The translations under genes were made by a program, and so were the position numbers. A stretch of 64,000 nucleotides of DNA, taken from Chara braunii (Eukaryota; Plantae; Charophyceae). Positions 61,144 through 64,000 of the stretch are shown piece after piece. The stretch covers positions 2,485,098 through 2,549,097 of the forward strand of contig BFEA01000034.1 in assembly GCA_003427395.1 (NCBI GenBank), written 5' to 3'. Each line of letters begins with the position of its first letter. Position 1 is the stretch's first letter. The notes under the pieces are model-generated. The model had not been told where the DNA came from, ran no database searches, and saw only the letters and a list, made by a program, of their open reading frames with translations.

Positions 61144-64000
61144 TGATGCCCAGTTCCTCTCGCCCCTATCCCGCTCAAGGCATTTCTAGCCATTACTCAC
61201 CTGCACAATCCCACACAAGCAAGAAGATCCACACGGAGCAGGCATATAAGGCTGCGCGTCAGTACCAGAGGATGTGCAGTCGCTTCTCCGTCGCCCCATC
61301 CTCTTCACGGCCAGCCACCACCTCCCAGTCTCGCGGTACCACTAGAGGCCGCTCCTCGTTTGCTGGTCGTTTTCGTCACCCGGCTCGACCTGGAGCGCCA
61401 TTCTCTCGGCGCTACAGTTCTCTCGAGTATGGAGAGGACGCCTCAGTCGAGCTCGACCCTACCATTGGGGACGCCCCCGAGGACATCGAGCTTCGGGACG
61501 TCATCCAGTACCACTTGGATGACGACACTGTCCCGGTGGTCGAGCGCCTGCAGATGGCCATGTCTGCCATGGGTCGTGCGCGCAGTCGGGTTGCACAGGC
61601 TGGCGCTCGCATACCCACGGTTCCTTAGATAGACCTCGCGCAGGGTTTTGTCCCTCCTCACAGAGCTCTATCCCCTGAGGAGCGTGCCGCCCTCGAGGCT
61701 CGTCGCGGCTACCTTCGTTGCCGCCTGGATGGACACACTTCCTCACGGTGTCCATACCATACTGCCTTCGATCGGCACTATGCTGACATCTCTCATTTGC
61801 GTCGAGCTCAGTCCCCCCCCGGTCCTGCCCGGCCAGCCCCACCCAATTAGCCACGATGCCGTGTGCCAGTGAGGCCTCGCACGTAGCCGGCTTCCCGACC
61901 ACCGAGTCGCGGTTTGCCCCTTTGGCTACCCCACCAGAGGATCCTCAGGACATGACAGACGCAGTTTCCTCTGCCCCGTCGTCTGTCGAGGTACCATCTG
62001 CCTCACAGCAGACCGCCACATCTAGCACTTCCCTCCCGAGACTTCCGACGCGTCGCGCCATTCGCTGAGCCATCTGTAGCGCTCAACTGGCGACTCGCGA
62101 TGACATTGTGTCATCTCTCCTGGACTTGAGCATTCTTCAGGCTCATCAGGAGCGGCTCACGAGACACGTCAACGTCCTGCGTCGTCTTCTCACTCAGCTT
62201 GTTGACCCTGATCGCATCCTACCCATTATCCCTATTCGCTTAGGGACATCTACGAGGGTGTACCGTGTTTTATGGGACTCTGGCTCGCAAGGAGATTTCC
62301 TTCACCCTCGAGTGGTTGAGGAAGCTCGCCTAGCTACCTCTGGGTCCCGCTCTCCTATCTCCGTTACCCTCGGAGATAACAAGACACAATGCTTCTTCGA
62401 TCAGACGGTCTCTGACCTCCACTTCTTCCTCACCCTCCAGCCACCGGATAGTACCCAGGCGCCTCGGCGCTACCATTCCTCCACATAGTTCGACGTGATG
62501 GAGACTGGGTACGACTTTATCCTTGGCACTCCCTGGTCTCGTCGGTTCCGTGGCACAGAGGCCGAATGGGCGACCGAGACACTCGTTCTCAAAACGAAGT
62601 GTGGTCAGACCCATCGTGTCCCCTTCATTGGGACCACGGGCGACACCCCTCTCGACCTACCTCCCCAGGACCCTTGTCCCTCAGAGTCCCACCCCAACAT
62701 CGCCTTCACTTCCCCTCGTCAGTTTGCTCACTTCATACAACAGGAGGACGCTACGTTCTACTCAGTGAACGTCATGGACCTTCTTCGCTATGATCCACTC
62801 TGTCCTGAGGTTGAGCTTATCTCTCTGGAACCAGATCCCCCTGACCCTTCCTCCATCTTTGTGGCTCCCATCTCTACGTCCACCCGTCAGCCTGCAGATA
62901 CCCCCTCCACGTCCCAGGCCCCTGCGTCGTCGATTGTCGAGTCCACACATACGTCTCGCGCCGACACAGACGTTGAGGAACTCACACGGTTCACGGCAGA
63001 CTTAGAGTCCGCTGTTCACGACCTGATTCGAGAGTACCGCGACGTCTTCCCTCTGTATTTCTCATACAGGGGGATCCCTCCGATGCGCGGTGTTGAGCAT
63101 TCTATCCAGCTCGTGCCTGACTATCGTGTTCACCATTAGGCACCGTACCGACTCTCGATTCCAAAGGCGAGGAACCCAAGCGTCATCTTGAGGAGCTCCT
63201 TCGACTGGGTTTCATTAAACCCTGTAACTCCCCTTGGGGTGCACCTGTCCTCTTTGCTCGCAAAGCAAATGAAACTCTCCGCCTTTGCATACACGGTTAA
63301 GAACAACTATCTCATGCCCCGCGTGGATGAGTTGTTTGACCGTCTGGCAGACAACAACTTCTTCACGAAGATCGATCTTCGTAGCGGTTACCACCAGATC
63401 CGCGTTGCCGCAGAGGATCAGCCGAAGACCGCCTTCCGATCGCGCTTCGGCCACTACGAGTTCACGGTGATGCCATTCGGCCTCACCAATACACCCGTCA
63501 CCTTCCAGACAGCGATGAACGACATCTTCAGGGACATCCTTGAAGAATACGTTCTCGTATACCTGGACGACATCTTGGTCTACAGTCGTACCTTAGAAAA
63601 CCATATCAGACACCTTCGCGATGTCCTACAGCGCTTACGCAAGCATGACTTTTATGCCAAGCTTAGTAAGTGTCGCTTTGCCATCGCAAAGTGGACTTCC
63701 TAGAACACCATATGTCTGACCAGGGTCTCCATATGGACGACGTGAAGATCACTGCTATTGCAGAGTGGCTCGTCCCTACGTCTGCCAAACAGCTTCGCAG
63801 TTTCCTAGGCCTCACCAGCTACTATAGTAATTTTATCCAGGGATACGCTAGGTATTCCTACGTCCTTACCTCCACCCTCCTCCGGAAGAATCCGTCCTGG
63901 TTTTGGACACCCCTGTGCGAGGATGCCTTTCGCGCCCTCAAGAAGGTGGTGACTTGTGTGCCGGTTCTTCGCCTCCCCGATTTTGATCGTGCGTTTATCG
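61144..64000 (+). pseudogene. Ty3/gypsy gag C-terminus, protease and RT (decayed; runs off the window end)
   Basis: VLWDSGSQGDF and YDFILGTPW (protease), EHSIQL, KIDLRSGYHQIR, KTAF, MPFGLTN, YLDDIL, LRSFLGL (RT). Confidence 0.93.

Overview
Repeat-saturated eukaryotic genomic DNA with no clearly recognisable host gene. It contains decayed Ty3/gypsy LTR retrotransposons (two with chromodomain integrases), many 5'-truncated L1/Tx1-like LINEs, tRNA-derived fragments, long microsatellites, two N-gaps and two Nextera mate-pair adapter artefacts. The style of the gag genes and repeat landscape suggests a charophyte alga such as Chara (inference). The only long intact ORF (21187-25224, 1345 aa) is a disordered/coiled-coil protein, possibly followed by a decayed Ulp1-like protease. 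The most notable observations are: (1) a 53-nt motif found six times near the 3' ends of otherwise dissimilar LINE-type insertions, which folds into two stacked H-type pseudoknots, usually followed by a covarying hairpin and poly(A); (2) about 4 kb of cargo between gag and protease of a gypsy element, holding two divergent paralogues of an unrecognised ~120-aa domain plus a decayed antisense ORF; (3) a Penelope-type minimal hammerhead ribozyme core; (4) a candidate LINE 3' transduction, a trimeric tRNA-like SINE head and a Helentron-like terminus. All alignments and folds were done by eye and need computational confirmation.
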